The notes beneath the pieces are model-generated. The model was given only the letters and a program-made list of their open reading frames with translations, was not told the origin of the DNA and searched no databases. A DNA stretch of 64,000 nt from an uncultured Saccharospirillaceae bacterium (lineage in GTDB: Bacteria; Pseudomonadota; Gammaproteobacteria; Pseudomonadales; Oceanobacteraceae). The stretch covers positions 52,775-116,774 of the forward strand of contig CANMOZ010000010.1 of the NCBI GenBank assembly GCA_947499545.1, in the 5' to 3' direction. Below are positions 49,270-60,327 of this stretch, one piece after another. The translations under genes and the position numbers were made by a program. How positions within the stretch are numbered: position 1 is the stretch's first letter; every line of letters begins with the position of its first letter.

Positions 49270-51219
49270 CTAGTCCACTTGAGGACGCTTACCCTGGAAT
49301 TTTTGCCCCTTGAACAGCTGATCAAAACGCTCATCCAAAGCGGCTTCATTTAATTCTCCAGAAAGTTCTATACTGTAAACCCCTAGATATTTCTCCCGAG
49401 CAATATCTTCACTGGTTACTCGATCCAATAAAATGGTTGGCTTTAGGAAAATCATTAAATTAGTCTTTTTATGGGTTTCATAGCTTGAACGAAATAATGC
49501 TCCCAGCAAAGGGATATCTCCCAAAAAGGGTATTTTACTGGTACCAATTTGAATTTCATCTTTGATCAAACCACCCAAAGCAATAATTTGCTGGTCTTCT
49601 AGCACTACTTCTGTCGTCAATTCTCGTTTATTGGTGACAACGCCCTCTGCACCCGTTACCGCTTGCTTTTCAACCGAGTTAGTCGATTGCGAAACTTCTA
49701 ATCGCACAAACCTGTCGTCTTGAATATGGGGTGTCACTTCAAGGATTAATCCAACATCTTCTCTTTTAAAGGTTGTGACAGGATTACCACCATTTGTTGC
49801 CTGAGAGGTGTCTTTTACGGGGACGTTCTGACTGACATTAATCTTCGCTTCTTTATTATCCAACGTTACAATACTTGGCGTGGATAAAACATTGCTTTCT
49901 GACTGACTGTTAATAATTCTCAACAATGCCAATAATTCTGGGTTTCCTTTTTTATCAAAAGCGCCCCCGCCAACATAAAACCCACTTTTGATTGCGCTAG
50001 CAGCGCCTAAAGCGGCAGATCCCTGGCCAGCACCTGTAACAGCCCCCTGCACCATATCTTTCATGCCAGGTGAAGCTTCATTGTCATGCGTCATAATGGT
50101 AGCCGGTACATTTTCGTCCCCAATCGCCCATTCAACACCAGCCCCTTCACTGTCTGATAAAGAGACTTCGACAATCGCCGCTTCAATGTGGACCTGAGCA
50201 CGAGGCACGTCTAACTGTGTAACAATATCGCGAATTTCAACTATTTCAGAGGGCGCTGCCCGTACCACTAATGCATTCAATGATTCATCTGCATGAACAC
50301 TGGATTTACCAATAATTTCTTCTTTTCCTTTAGCTGCCTTGCTACTTTTATTGTCAATAATCCCTTTCAATATTTCTGCTAGAGTCTTGGCATCAGAATG
50401 CCTCAGACGAATCACATCCGTACTGCTGCTTCTTTGAGATGGCTGATCTAATTGCCTTACAAGTTCTGCAAGCTGCTCCAGATTAGTACGCTCACCTCGC
50501 ATAATAATGCGGTTGCTGCGTTCATCCGCGACCACTCGAACCGGGTCAGCACCGCGACGTCGAGCAGATACAGAGCCACCTTTCGCAACCGTATCTGGAT
50601 CAAGCGTCTGTAACATTTTGACCACATCACCAACCCAAGCTTCTTTCAATGTGATGACTTTAATATGCTCTGTGCCCGCACGGTCTAAGCGCTTAATGAT
50701 TTCTTCAATACGCTCAATGTTTAAAGCGGTATCGCTAATGATCAGTGAGTTTGCTGATTTTACGCCCGCTAAATGTCCATACTTAGCCACCAAAGGTCTT
50801 AGAATCGGCACTAAGTCCAATGCTGGTACTTCTTTAATTTCTATGACCCGAGTAATGAACTGCTCGCCTTTTTCTTTACGTTCAGGATCTAAGTGGCTAC
50901 CGTCTTGCTTTACAGAGTTCTGCTGAATAACTTTAATAACATCTCCGCTTGGGACAGCCGCAAATCCATGAACATTCAGAACGGATAAAAAGACTTGGTA
51001 GACCTCTTCCGTTGTCATTTCATCGGTTGATACAATCGTCACCCGACCTTTTACCCGTGGGTCAATGACAAAACTGTGCCCTGTCATATCTGCCACTTGG
51101 CTAATAAAAGCGCGGATATCCGCATCCTTTAAATTCAGCTTCCAATTCTGCTCATCAGCTGCATAAGCGACCGACAGACTGAGCATCCAAACAGCTAAAA
51201 CTCTTGCTAACTTCAACAC
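49270..51219 (-). CDS. gspD: Type II secretion system secretin GspD
   Basis: 649 aa with a signal peptide, N0-N3 domains and a C-terminal secretin domain (…VLSTPSIVTLDNKEAKINVSQNVP … IPFLGDIPLLGALFR…). Confidence 0.93.
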   Translation of the reverse strand: MLKLARVLAVWMLSLSVAYAADEQNWKLNLKDADIRAFISQVADMTGHSFVIDPRVKGRVTIVSTDEMTTEEVYQVFLSVLNVHGFAAVPSGDVIKVIQQNSVKQDGSHLDPERKEKGEQFITRVIEIKEVPALDLVPILRPLVAKYGHLAGVKSANSLIISDTALNIERIEEIIKRLDRAGTEHIKVITLKEAWVGDVVKMLQTLDPDTVAKGGSVSARRRGADPVRVVADERSNRIIMRGERTNLEQLAELVRQLDQPSQRSSSTDVIRLRHSDAKTLAEILKGIIDNKSSKAAKGKEEIIGKSSVHADESLNALVVRAAPSEIVEIRDIVTQLDVPRAQVHIEAAIVEVSLSDSEGAGVEWAIGDENVPATIMTHDNEASPGMKDMVQGAVTGAGQGSAALGAASAIKSGFYVGGGAFDKKGNPELLALLRIINSQSESNVLSTPSIVTLDNKEAKINVSQNVPVKDTSQATNGGNPVTTFKREDVGLILEVTPHIQDDRFVRLEVSQSTNSVEKQAVTGAEGVVTNKRELTTEVVLEDQQIIALGGLIKDEIQIGTSKIPFLGDIPLLGALFRSSYETHKKTNLMIFLKPTILLDRVTSEDIAREKYLGVYSIELSGELNEAALDERFDQLFKGQKFQGKRPQVD

Positions 51220-51241
51220 GGCTTATCTACGTCCTTTCTCA

Positions 51242-52132
51242 TTAGCGAAATGAGTGATTAATAATAAATCGGCGGTTTCCCCGCTGTACTTCAATACGAG
51301 CTTGACCCGCTGCATAAACTTCATCAATTAACCCACGATCTTGCTCAATATTCCCTAAGGGCTGTCCGTTAATGGATAGAATAACGTCACCTGATTGCAT
51401 TCCTAACCCTAACAACATGCCAGCCTTATTCGTTACGCGATACCCTTCTCCAGAAGATTCAACCCCTAAATTATCTAAAGCCTGTTGGGGGTCTTCTATC
51501 AATTCCGCTCGCGCTAAATCCACAAACTCTTCTGCCGTACTGATTTCTTTAAGTCGGTCTTCGAAACGATTTCCAGATTTTTTAGGGGGAGTAGGAGAGG
51601 GGGTTTTTGATACCTGGCGTCCTTTTTGAATCAAGCCAGCGCCTTGATCTTCAAATGCGAGTTTTTCTATCTTCCCATTATTATTGAGAAGCACATGGTC
51701 ACCGTACACCGCTGCCAAACGTGCTCGACCAAACACCAAGTCGCCCACTTTGAAGTACTCCCCGGCTCCGCCGCGCTGGGCGATGATGGCACTTGAGCCT
51801 TCTTCATCATCATCGCCTGCTAGTATTCCCTTCAACTCAAAGCTTAGTCTGGTTTCAGGTGCTGTTACGCTTTCTTCAACATTTTCTGGCTCAGCATCGG
51901 CAATTCCAAGCAAATGCAATTTTGAGATATCAGCAGAACCCGCCAGCTGCGAATTGGTTTCAGACGACGACTCCTGAGACAATCTAGGTTTAGGTAGCTC
52001 TACGCCATTACTATCCACGATACGCCACGTTAAATTTGCACCGCCATGGGCAATACCCAATGTGCACACAAGCGCCAACCCCTTCACAACAACGGGTATA
52101 TAATTCTCAAGCTTTGGCATTACTGCTGCCAC
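51242..52132 (-). CDS. gspC: Type II secretion system protein GspC (C-terminal PDZ)
   Basis: N-terminal TM helix, a Pro-rich linker and a C-terminal PDZ domain (GYRVTNKAGMLLGLGMQSGDVILSINGQPLGN). Directly upstream of gspD. Confidence 0.75.
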   Translation of the reverse strand: MAAVMPKLENYIPVVVKGLALVCTLGIAHGGANLTWRIVDSNGVELPKPRLSQESSSETNSQLAGSADISKLHLLGIADAEPENVEESVTAPETRLSFELKGILAGDDDEEGSSAIIAQRGGAGEYFKVGDLVFGRARLAAVYGDHVLLNNNGKIEKLAFEDQGAGLIQKGRQVSKTPSPTPPKKSGNRFEDRLKEISTAEEFVDLARAELIEDPQQALDNLGVESSGEGYRVTNKAGMLLGLGMQSGDVILSINGQPLGNIEQDRGLIDEVYAAGQARIEVQRGNRRFIINHSFR

Positions 52133-52243
52133 CGAACCTCTCCCTCTCTGTTTATGCTGCTACCGATCGAAAGACAGCTCTGTGTAAAGGCGCTTGCTAT
52201 GCCCTTTCTTATGCTAATTTTAGCCATTACCTTATGAACTCCA

Positions 52244-53011
52244 TCAAAACAGTTTTTCTTCCGCTGTAAAAATGGAATCATCAGGTGCAGCCCGTGATGG
52301 CCACTGCTCTCCAATAATATCCACTAGACGACGCTTGATGGCAACGCCACCCCACCCGTCTTTTTTCAAATACACATCCGCTACACTTTCCCCTTCCGTT
52401 GTGGTCACAGGCATCTGCACATTTCCGCTTTTTGAATCACGTCCCAGTTTACCGACCAAGATTGGGATCTCTGCTTTGCGTCTCTGATTACCTGCAGGGT
52501 ATTGAGCTTCACCTCCCAACCACACAGCTTCTCCTTCCAGCTTGTTAATGCTGAAGGGCTCCAGAGCAATGACCGCATTTGTGGATCGGAGTTCAAGATC
52601 GCCACTTAGAGAAGCACCCATTGACTGAAGTTGCCCATTAATAAGTTGCGCATTTACATTAAAAGTAGCGTCGTCTAAATACAGCTGTTTCGAAGGTGAA
52701 ATCTTTACGAGGGTTTCTGCTTTAAAGTGAGTAGATTGTAATTGTAATTCAGCACCTAGCTTACCCCCCAATAGGGAAGTAAAGTTTAGGTTCCATTTCA
52801 CACCACCATCGAGCCCAGCGCTGTGTAAATACCAATGGGCCGATCCTTTCCACCAAAGACCTTGTACGTTTTCAATGTTAACTGGCAGCTTTACGGCTGG
52901 TTTGACCCAACCCCAAAGCGTTTTCGCAGGCAATTGCACAAATAAAAACACGCTGTAAGCAATAAGGCCTATTACCCACAATGAACCTGTTCGTTTTAAC
53001 CACTTAAACAA
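52244..53011 (-). CDS. gspN: Putative type II secretion system protein GspN
   Basis: 255 aa with an N-terminal TM helix. LPAKTLWGWV...IENVQGLWWKGSA resembles Vibrio EpsN (LPAAWVWQQV...LEGLSGTLWRGQAA). Confidence 0.6.
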   Translation of the reverse strand: MFKWLKRTGSLWVIGLIAYSVFLFVQLPAKTLWGWVKPAVKLPVNIENVQGLWWKGSAHWYLHSAGLDGGVKWNLNFTSLLGGKLGAELQLQSTHFKAETLVKISPSKQLYLDDATFNVNAQLINGQLQSMGASLSGDLELRSTNAVIALEPFSINKLEGEAVWLGGEAQYPAGNQRRKAEIPILVGKLGRDSKSGNVQMPVTTTEGESVADVYLKKDGWGGVAIKRRLVDIIGEQWPSRAAPDDSIFTAEEKLF

Positions 53012-53249
53012 AGTACTTCCCTTTCCAAACGTCGCTATTCTGCCGTCTCCCCTTTACCAGGGGCGATACAGTCTAACGATGACGGCCGGCAAAATCTACT
53101 CCAGTGCGAGCACAAACTGATTGCCTGCAGTTTGTCTGGTAATCCAATGGATTTCCCTTAGCTAAGAATAGTATTGACTTGCAATATTCCCTTCAATCAA
53201 TAAGGCCTTATTGCGACAACCCTTTCACCTTTTTGGTCTTTATTTGTCA

Positions 53250-53285
53250 CAAAAAAAAGCCCCCATCATAGTGGGGGCTTTTTGA
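53250..53285 (-). terminator. Rho-independent terminator of groESL
   Basis: Minus strand reads GCCCCCACTATGATGGGGGC followed by TTTTTTTT. Confidence 0.75.
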
Positions 53286-53308
53286 TCAGCAGTTGTGACA
53301 GACGGGTA

Positions 53309-54985
<1,677 letters not shown>

Positions 54986-55000
54986 CTATGCGTGACTGGA

Positions 55001-55294
55001 TTAATCTACCAGCACCGCTTTAATGTCGCTCTCGCTTAGAATGATCAGCTCTTGACCGTCAACTTCAACGGTGTCACTGCCGGCATACTTACCGAAGACC
55101 ACGATGTCACCAACTTTGACATCGACAGGGCGTAGGTCACCATTATCCAACACACGACCGTTACCAATGGCAACTACTTCGCCCTGACTTGGCTTTTCTG
55201 CCGCAGCACCTGGCAAAACGATACCGCCAGCAGTCTTCGTTTCTTCTTCCTTGCGACGAACAACGACGCGATCATGCAATGGACGAATTTTCAT
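55001..55294 (-). CDS. groS: Co-chaperonin GroES
   Basis: 97 aa: [14 protein letters not shown]...GGIVLP...GEVVAVG. Confidence 0.98.
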   Translation of the reverse strand: MKIRPLHDRVVVRRKEEETKTAGGIVLPGAAAEKPSQGEVVAIGNGRVLDNGDLRPVDVKVGDIVVFGKYAGSDTVEVDGQELIILSESDIKAVLVD

Positions 55295-55427
55295 TTATCT
55301 TTCTCCGATTGGTTCAGCGAACGATTGTTACTAGAACAGTGTTTCTGTGGGTTTATCACCCGCTGTTTTGAAGCACTCTCCGTCTGGTTTCATAGTCCAG
55401 TCAGAGAAGGCCTCCTGGTGGTTTGGG

Positions 55428-55455
55428 ATATGGGGTTGCCCCGAAGGATTTCAAC
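55428..55455 (-). promoter_or_regulatory. Sigma-32 heat-shock promoter for groESL
   Basis: Minus strand reads GTTGAAA (55449-55455), a 13-nt spacer, then CCCCATAT (55428-55435). About 135 bp upstream of groES. Confidence 0.65.
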
Positions 55456-55473
55456 ACCCTAGCGTAAAAAAAA

Positions 55474-55950
55474 TTAGTCTCGGCGGAATTCGCCCTCAAT
55501 GGTATCGCCACGTCGAGCGGGCTTCTCATGGTGAGTATTTACATCTAAGTGGATGTCATCGATAGGAGAGTGTCCAAATTGGGCGCTACGCGTGTATACA
55601 CGGTGCTTAATCATCCCCAGTATGAGAGAGCGTACAAAGCTTCGAGTCAGTGGCAGCAACAAACAAAACCCCAAAGTGTCGGTGAAAAAGCCTGGTGTCA
55701 GAAGAAAAGCACCGCCAATCGCTAACATCAGGCCATCCAATAATTCCGATTCGGGCAGTTCGCCTTGATTCATACGCTGGCGAGCCCGATTCAACGTGGC
55801 CAGGCCTTGCTGTCTTAGCATGGTGACACCAATAAAAGCCGTCACAATCACAAGTCCAACGGTGTACCAAGGCCCAATAAGAGACCCAACCGTGGCAAAC
55901 AAGAAAATCTCAATCAAGGGGACCGCAAGGAAGATCAACAATAAAGGCAT
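55474..55950 (-). CDS. fxsA: FxsA inner-membrane protein
   Basis: N-terminus MPLLLIFLAVPLIEIFLFATVGSLIGPWYT is diagnostic of FxsA. Sits next to groESL as in E. coli. Confidence 0.85.
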   Translation of the reverse strand: MPLLLIFLAVPLIEIFLFATVGSLIGPWYTVGLVIVTAFIGVTMLRQQGLATLNRARQRMNQGELPESELLDGLMLAIGGAFLLTPGFFTDTLGFCLLLPLTRSFVRSLILGMIKHRVYTRSAQFGHSPIDDIHLDVNTHHEKPARRGDTIEGEFRRD

Positions 55951-56033
55951 AAAAGGGTCCTATTAAAATGAAAAATAACCAGCTCTGGCCTGCTATAGAA
56001 CGTTAGGGCGGCGTGAGACAAATTCAACCTATT

Positions 56034-56060
56034 GGGGTGAAAAACCCCTCTTTTTTTCTC
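56034..56060 (+). terminator. Orphan plus-strand terminator-like hairpin (possible small-RNA 3' end)
   Basis: GGGGTGAAAAACCCC followed by TCTTTTTTTCTC. No plus-strand CDS lies upstream within 5 kb. Confidence 0.35.
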
Positions 56061-56153
56061 ATTTTTATCAAGAGTCTTCACTTGCGGCCCAATTATGGGT
56101 ATGAAAGTATTTTGAAGTAAAGACTTCTTAATGGAAAAGCAAGCGAGGACTCC

Positions 56154-56909
56154 ATGGAGCTTAAGGATAAAGTCGTTATGGTGACAGGCGCTGCCCGAGG
56201 CTTAGGGCAACGCATAGCGGTCGCATTTGCACAAGCCGGCAGTCAACTTGCTTTAGTCGATCTTGTTGATGAAGGGTTGCGTGAAACGCTTGCCTTAGTA
56301 GAAAGCGTGGGTGGCAAGGGGCGTCTCTACAAGGCAAATATCTCATCAGAGACAGAAGTGGAAACCCTATTCGATCAGGTAACCAATGAAATGGGCGAGC
56401 CTCATGTTTTGGTCAATAATGCCGGCATATTAAGGGATGGTTTTTTAGTAAAACGTAAAAACGGAGAAGTTCAGAAGTTACCTCTCAGCCAATGGCAAGC
56501 GGTGATCGATGTCAACCTCACCGGCGTCTTCTTATGTGGTCGAGAGTTCGCAGCTCGTTTACCTGAATCCGCCTCTGGCTGCATGATCAACCTTTCAAGC
56601 CTTGCCAAAGCAGGCAACGCAGGCCAAAGCAATTACAGTGCGGCTAAAGCAGGGGTTGCAGCATTAACCGTTTGCTGGGCACAAGAGTTAGCTCGCTACA
56701 ACATCCGAGTGGCCGCCATCGCACCAGGGTTTATTGAAACCGAAATGACGGCCAGCATGAGGCCCGACATCTTACAAAGGCTTGTCGAGCAGGTACCACT
56801 TAAACGCCTAGGCGCACCTGACCATATCGCACAAACCGCCGTTTTCATCGCTCAAAACGATTATCTATCTGGACGAATAATTGAAGTGGATGGTGGCGCT
56901 CGCCTTTAA
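56154..56909 (+). CDS. Short-chain dehydrogenase/reductase (FabG-like)
   Basis: VMVTGAARGLGQ cofactor motif, NNAG, and the catalytic YSAAKAG (YxxxK) motif. Confidence 0.8.
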   Translation: MELKDKVVMVTGAARGLGQRIAVAFAQAGSQLALVDLVDEGLRETLALVESVGGKGRLYKANISSETEVETLFDQVTNEMGEPHVLVNNAGILRDGFLVKRKNGEVQKLPLSQWQAVIDVNLTGVFLCGREFAARLPESASGCMINLSSLAKAGNAGQSNYSAAKAGVAALTVCWAQELARYNIRVAAIAPGFIETEMTASMRPDILQRLVEQVPLKRLGAPDHIAQTAVFIAQNDYLSGRIIEVDGGARL

Positions 56910-56971
56910 AGCAGGATCACTAGACTACGAGCAGCGCCTATACTGAAGCCATCGCGACTTGGTCAATCGAG

Positions 56972-57748
56972 GTGGCAATGTCCAAACCGTTTTTATTGTG
57001 CGTCACCTTACTGCTTCTATGTTGGCCATTAATTTCTAGTGGCTTGGAAATCAAAATTTCCAGCCATCCTGCTTATCCACCCGTGATGTTTGAGCGCGAT
57101 GGCAAGCTATTCGGTATGACGATTGATATCGCCACAGCTCTCTTTAATTCTTTAAATCAACCTCACCGTTTTGTATTCAGCGGACCCTGGAATCGTGTTC
57201 AACAGAGAGCCCGAAGTGGTCATATCGATATGATCGCAGGCATCTACCGCAATAAAAAACGCGAGAAATATTTACTCTACAGCATACCCGTTCTAGAAAA
57301 CCCCGACGTCGTATTTGTCAAAACAGGACGTGAGTTTCCTTTTCAAACACTTGAAGATTTAATTGGTAAAAAAGGCACCACCAACCTTGGTGAAAGTTTT
57401 GGCAACAAGATAGATCAATTTATTGAATCAAAGCTCAACGTACAGCGGGTTGTTAAGAATAAAATGAATTACAAACTGCTTGACTTAGAGCGCGTTGACT
57501 ATTTTCTTTATGGCCTTTATCCAGGAAAAGCTCAAGCGGAACGACTAGGCTACGGGGGAAAAATAAAAGCGTTAAAAACGCCGCTTGCCACTGAACACTA
57601 CCATTTCGCTTTTTCAAAAAAATCTACCTTTAAATCATTACTACCTAAAGTTGATGATTTTTTAAAACACTATCTAACAGAGAAACGCATTCAATCATTA
57701 TATGAGAAAAACTTGCAACTCTATTTAGGAAACAATAAAAGTGGGTAA
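56972..57748 (+). CDS. Orphan family-3 solute-binding-protein-like protein (tandem paralog A)
   Basis: Signal peptide. HPAYPPVMF...FSGPWNRVQQRARSGHIDMIAGIY... pattern shared with the next two genes. Confidence 0.6.
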   Translation: MAMSKPFLLCVTLLLLCWPLISSGLEIKISSHPAYPPVMFERDGKLFGMTIDIATALFNSLNQPHRFVFSGPWNRVQQRARSGHIDMIAGIYRNKKREKYLLYSIPVLENPDVVFVKTGREFPFQTLEDLIGKKGTTNLGESFGNKIDQFIESKLNVQRVVKNKMNYKLLDLERVDYFLYGLYPGKAQAERLGYGGKIKALKTPLATEHYHFAFSKKSTFKSLLPKVDDFLKHYLTEKRIQSLYEKNLQLYLGNNKSG

Positions 57749-58571
57749 TTCGATCATGATAAAAGCGTCTTCACTCAAACATCACTGGCAAAGAGTTGTT
57801 TGTCTTGTCTACATTGGCAGCATAATAACCGTATGCCAAACAGGAATGGCAACAACTGAACCTGTTAAAATATCTACGCACCCATCCTACCCCCCCATCA
57901 TGTTCCAGATTAATAAAGTACCTAAAGGCATCGCTTTGGATGTTGCCATTGACATTCTGGATCAACTCAAAGTGCCATATGAACTCATTTTTTCAGGTCC
58001 TTGGAATCGAGTACTGGAGCGTGCACGTCAAGGCAAAATTGACTTAGTTGCAGGTCTTTATTACAGCGAGGAACGCGCAACCTACTTAGATTACAGTGAT
58101 TCCATAATGGACGATCACACCGTTTTATTTGTATGGAAAGGCAAAGAGTTTCCATACAATACGTTAGCCGATATAAAAGGAAAACGTGGAACTGCAAACT
58201 TAGGTGCAAGTTTTGGTACAGCCGTTGATCCATTCTTAGCAACGGAAGTTAAAATGCAACGAGTTGTGCAAAGCATTCAAAATTATCGCCTTTTGGAGTT
58301 AGGTCGTGTCGACTTTTTTATATTCGGACTCTTTGCAGGGCAAGCTCAAGCCAACAAATTAGGATTCGGTGGCAAAGTGGTTGCCCTACCTACCCCCGTC
58401 GTTACAGAGAAAATTTTCTTAGGGTTTTCTAAAAAATCTCCACACAAGCATCTTCTTCAAAAGATAAACCCTCTAATCCAATCAAAAATCACTTCTAAAG
58501 TCATAGAAAAGCTATATGAATCGAACTTACAAGCTTACCTACAAGCACCTGAAACAACAGCCACAAATTAG
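57741..58571 (+). CDS. Orphan family-3 solute-binding-protein-like protein (tandem paralog B)
   Basis: HPSYPPIMF...FSGPWNRVLERARQGKIDLVAGLY... The start may be the Met at 57756. Confidence 0.6.
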   Translation: MGNSIMIKASSLKHHWQRVVCLVYIGSIITVCQTGMATTEPVKISTHPSYPPIMFQINKVPKGIALDVAIDILDQLKVPYELIFSGPWNRVLERARQGKIDLVAGLYYSEERATYLDYSDSIMDDHTVLFVWKGKEFPYNTLADIKGKRGTANLGASFGTAVDPFLATEVKMQRVVQSIQNYRLLELGRVDFFIFGLFAGQAQANKLGFGGKVVALPTPVVTEKIFLGFSKKSPHKHLLQKINPLIQSKITSKVIEKLYESNLQAYLQAPETTATN

Positions 58572-58635
58572 TCATTTGGCGCCTATATGAAAGCTCAGGG
58601 CGTGACTTCTATACTCAAAAAGATAGGGCATCTGC

Positions 58636-59451
58636 TTGGAGATTAACGCAGTGATAACACGCATACATGTCAACAACAGGGTAAACTCTCTGTTCACTCT
58701 ATTCATATGCCTTACCTGCCAAGCCATCGTGCCGAAAGCTGTATCAGCTGAATCAATCCCATTGGTTATATCTTGCCACCCAGATTACCCCCCCGTTATG
58801 TTTGTTAAAGGCCAACAGCCAATGGGGATTGCTATCGATGTGGCAACCGAAATTCTAGGCCACCTTAAAGTCCCTTTCGAACTAGTATCTGCCGGTCAAT
58901 GGAACCGGGTTCAGCAAAGTGCTCGTTTGGGTAAAATCGACATGATCGCTGGCATCTACCACAATTCAGAACGGGCTGAGTATTTAGATTACACATTACC
59001 TTTTATGGAAGATCCTACTGTGATCTTTGTTTGGCGCGGAAAAGAATTTCCCTTCAGCTCATTGAAAGATTTAACTGGAAAAAATGGCACGTCCAATTTG
59101 GGTGAAAGCTTCGGTTCAGAAGTCGATCAATTTTTAGAGAACAACGTTAAAATGCAACGCGTTGTAAAAAATGAAATGAACTTCCGATTACTAGAACTAG
59201 GGCGAGTTGATTTTTTCATCTTCGGGTTGTATCCAGGAAGAACTCAAGCCCTTCAATACGGCTATAGTGATAAGATTAAGCCGCTAGCAAAACCAGCAAC
59301 AACCGAGAATTTTTATTTAGCTCTATCAAAAAAATCTTCTTATACTCACCTCATCCCAAAAATCAACAATTATATAAAACAACACATAACGGCCACCAAA
59401 ATCCGAAAATTTAATGAATCTAACTTGAAAAAGTATACTGGCAAACAATAG
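58636..59451 (+). CDS. Orphan family-3 solute-binding-protein-like protein (tandem paralog C)
   Basis: HPDYPPVMF...SAGQWNRVQQSARLGKIDMIAGIY... Confidence 0.6.
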   Translation: MEINAVITRIHVNNRVNSLFTLFICLTCQAIVPKAVSAESIPLVISCHPDYPPVMFVKGQQPMGIAIDVATEILGHLKVPFELVSAGQWNRVQQSARLGKIDMIAGIYHNSERAEYLDYTLPFMEDPTVIFVWRGKEFPFSSLKDLTGKNGTSNLGESFGSEVDQFLENNVKMQRVVKNEMNFRLLELGRVDFFIFGLYPGRTQALQYGYSDKIKPLAKPATTENFYLALSKKSSYTHLIPKINNYIKQHITATKIRKFNESNLKKYTGKQ

Positions 59452-59629
59452 AGCGTATTTACTATAGTCTCCCAGGTTCTATTGCAGCAGAAACCTTTCT
59501 TGGTCAAGACAAGCTTCAAATTCTGAGATGCACCTTTCAATTTAAATATTCAGCAAACCAACCGCACCAGAAAGCACTTACTATATGCATGGTTATTTTC
59601 ATCAACCACCCTTTCAGGAACGTAACACC

Positions 59630-60196
59630 ATGCTAATTCAATACAAAAAAATACTTGCTAGCATCGCTATCATAGTCTCTACAGCAGCATCCGCAATGGA
59701 TGAAAGCGATCATTGCATTACCGATCAATCTGAAATTAATAAAGCCTTTAAAATCCCCCTTTCTGCTGGAGAAATCATCATCTCCGATGCATGCTTACTG
59801 AGCTCTACAGAGGAACAGGAATATCCCGTTCTTCTTACCCAATTAAACAAAACACCAAGAATAGATTTCCCATCCACTCATGAAATGAAGTACTTAATCG
59901 TATTGTCTGCTTTGACTGTAAACCATCCAGAAAGCAACAACCCTTTAGGGTTAGATCTAACAGAGAAAAGCCTTGAAGACGTAGCTCTCCTATACAATCA
60001 GAATCTTAGAACGCAATTTGAAATAGGAACTATTTCAACCATTCGTAGGGGTAATCAATCATTTTCAATGGACTTTGAATGGTTAGCGGAATCAACCGGT
60101 ACTTTTGAAGTCAGAATGGGTACAACCACCGAAGATGGCACACCCCTAATTGAAAACGGCGCCTTTCCTAAATTTTTTGATTTAATCGTTGAGTAG
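59630..60196 (+). CDS. Hypothetical secreted protein
   Basis: Signal peptide MLIQYKKILASIAIIVSTAASA. The six-frame ORF starts at 59585 but the Met at 59630 gives a proper signal peptide. No family recognised. Confidence 0.45.
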   Translation: MLIQYKKILASIAIIVSTAASAMDESDHCITDQSEINKAFKIPLSAGEIIISDACLLSSTEEQEYPVLLTQLNKTPRIDFPSTHEMKYLIVLSALTVNHPESNNPLGLDLTEKSLEDVALLYNQNLRTQFEIGTISTIRRGNQSFSMDFEWLAESTGTFEVRMGTTTEDGTPLIENGAFPKFFDLIVE

Positions 60197-60327
60197 AAAT
60201 AATTTGCGTTCTTAAAATCCGAAGGACAACTATATCTAAGATGCTTCCCTTACCTTGAACAAACAGGGTCATTGTCCAAGGCAAGGGGTACCGTATTGGG
60301 TTTTAACAAATGCATACGGTTTAGTGG

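Noticed and set aside
55347-55565. Small ORFs (60-72 aa) in the groES upstream region
   Set aside because: They overlap the sigma-32 promoter and 5' UTR of groESL. No coding signal.
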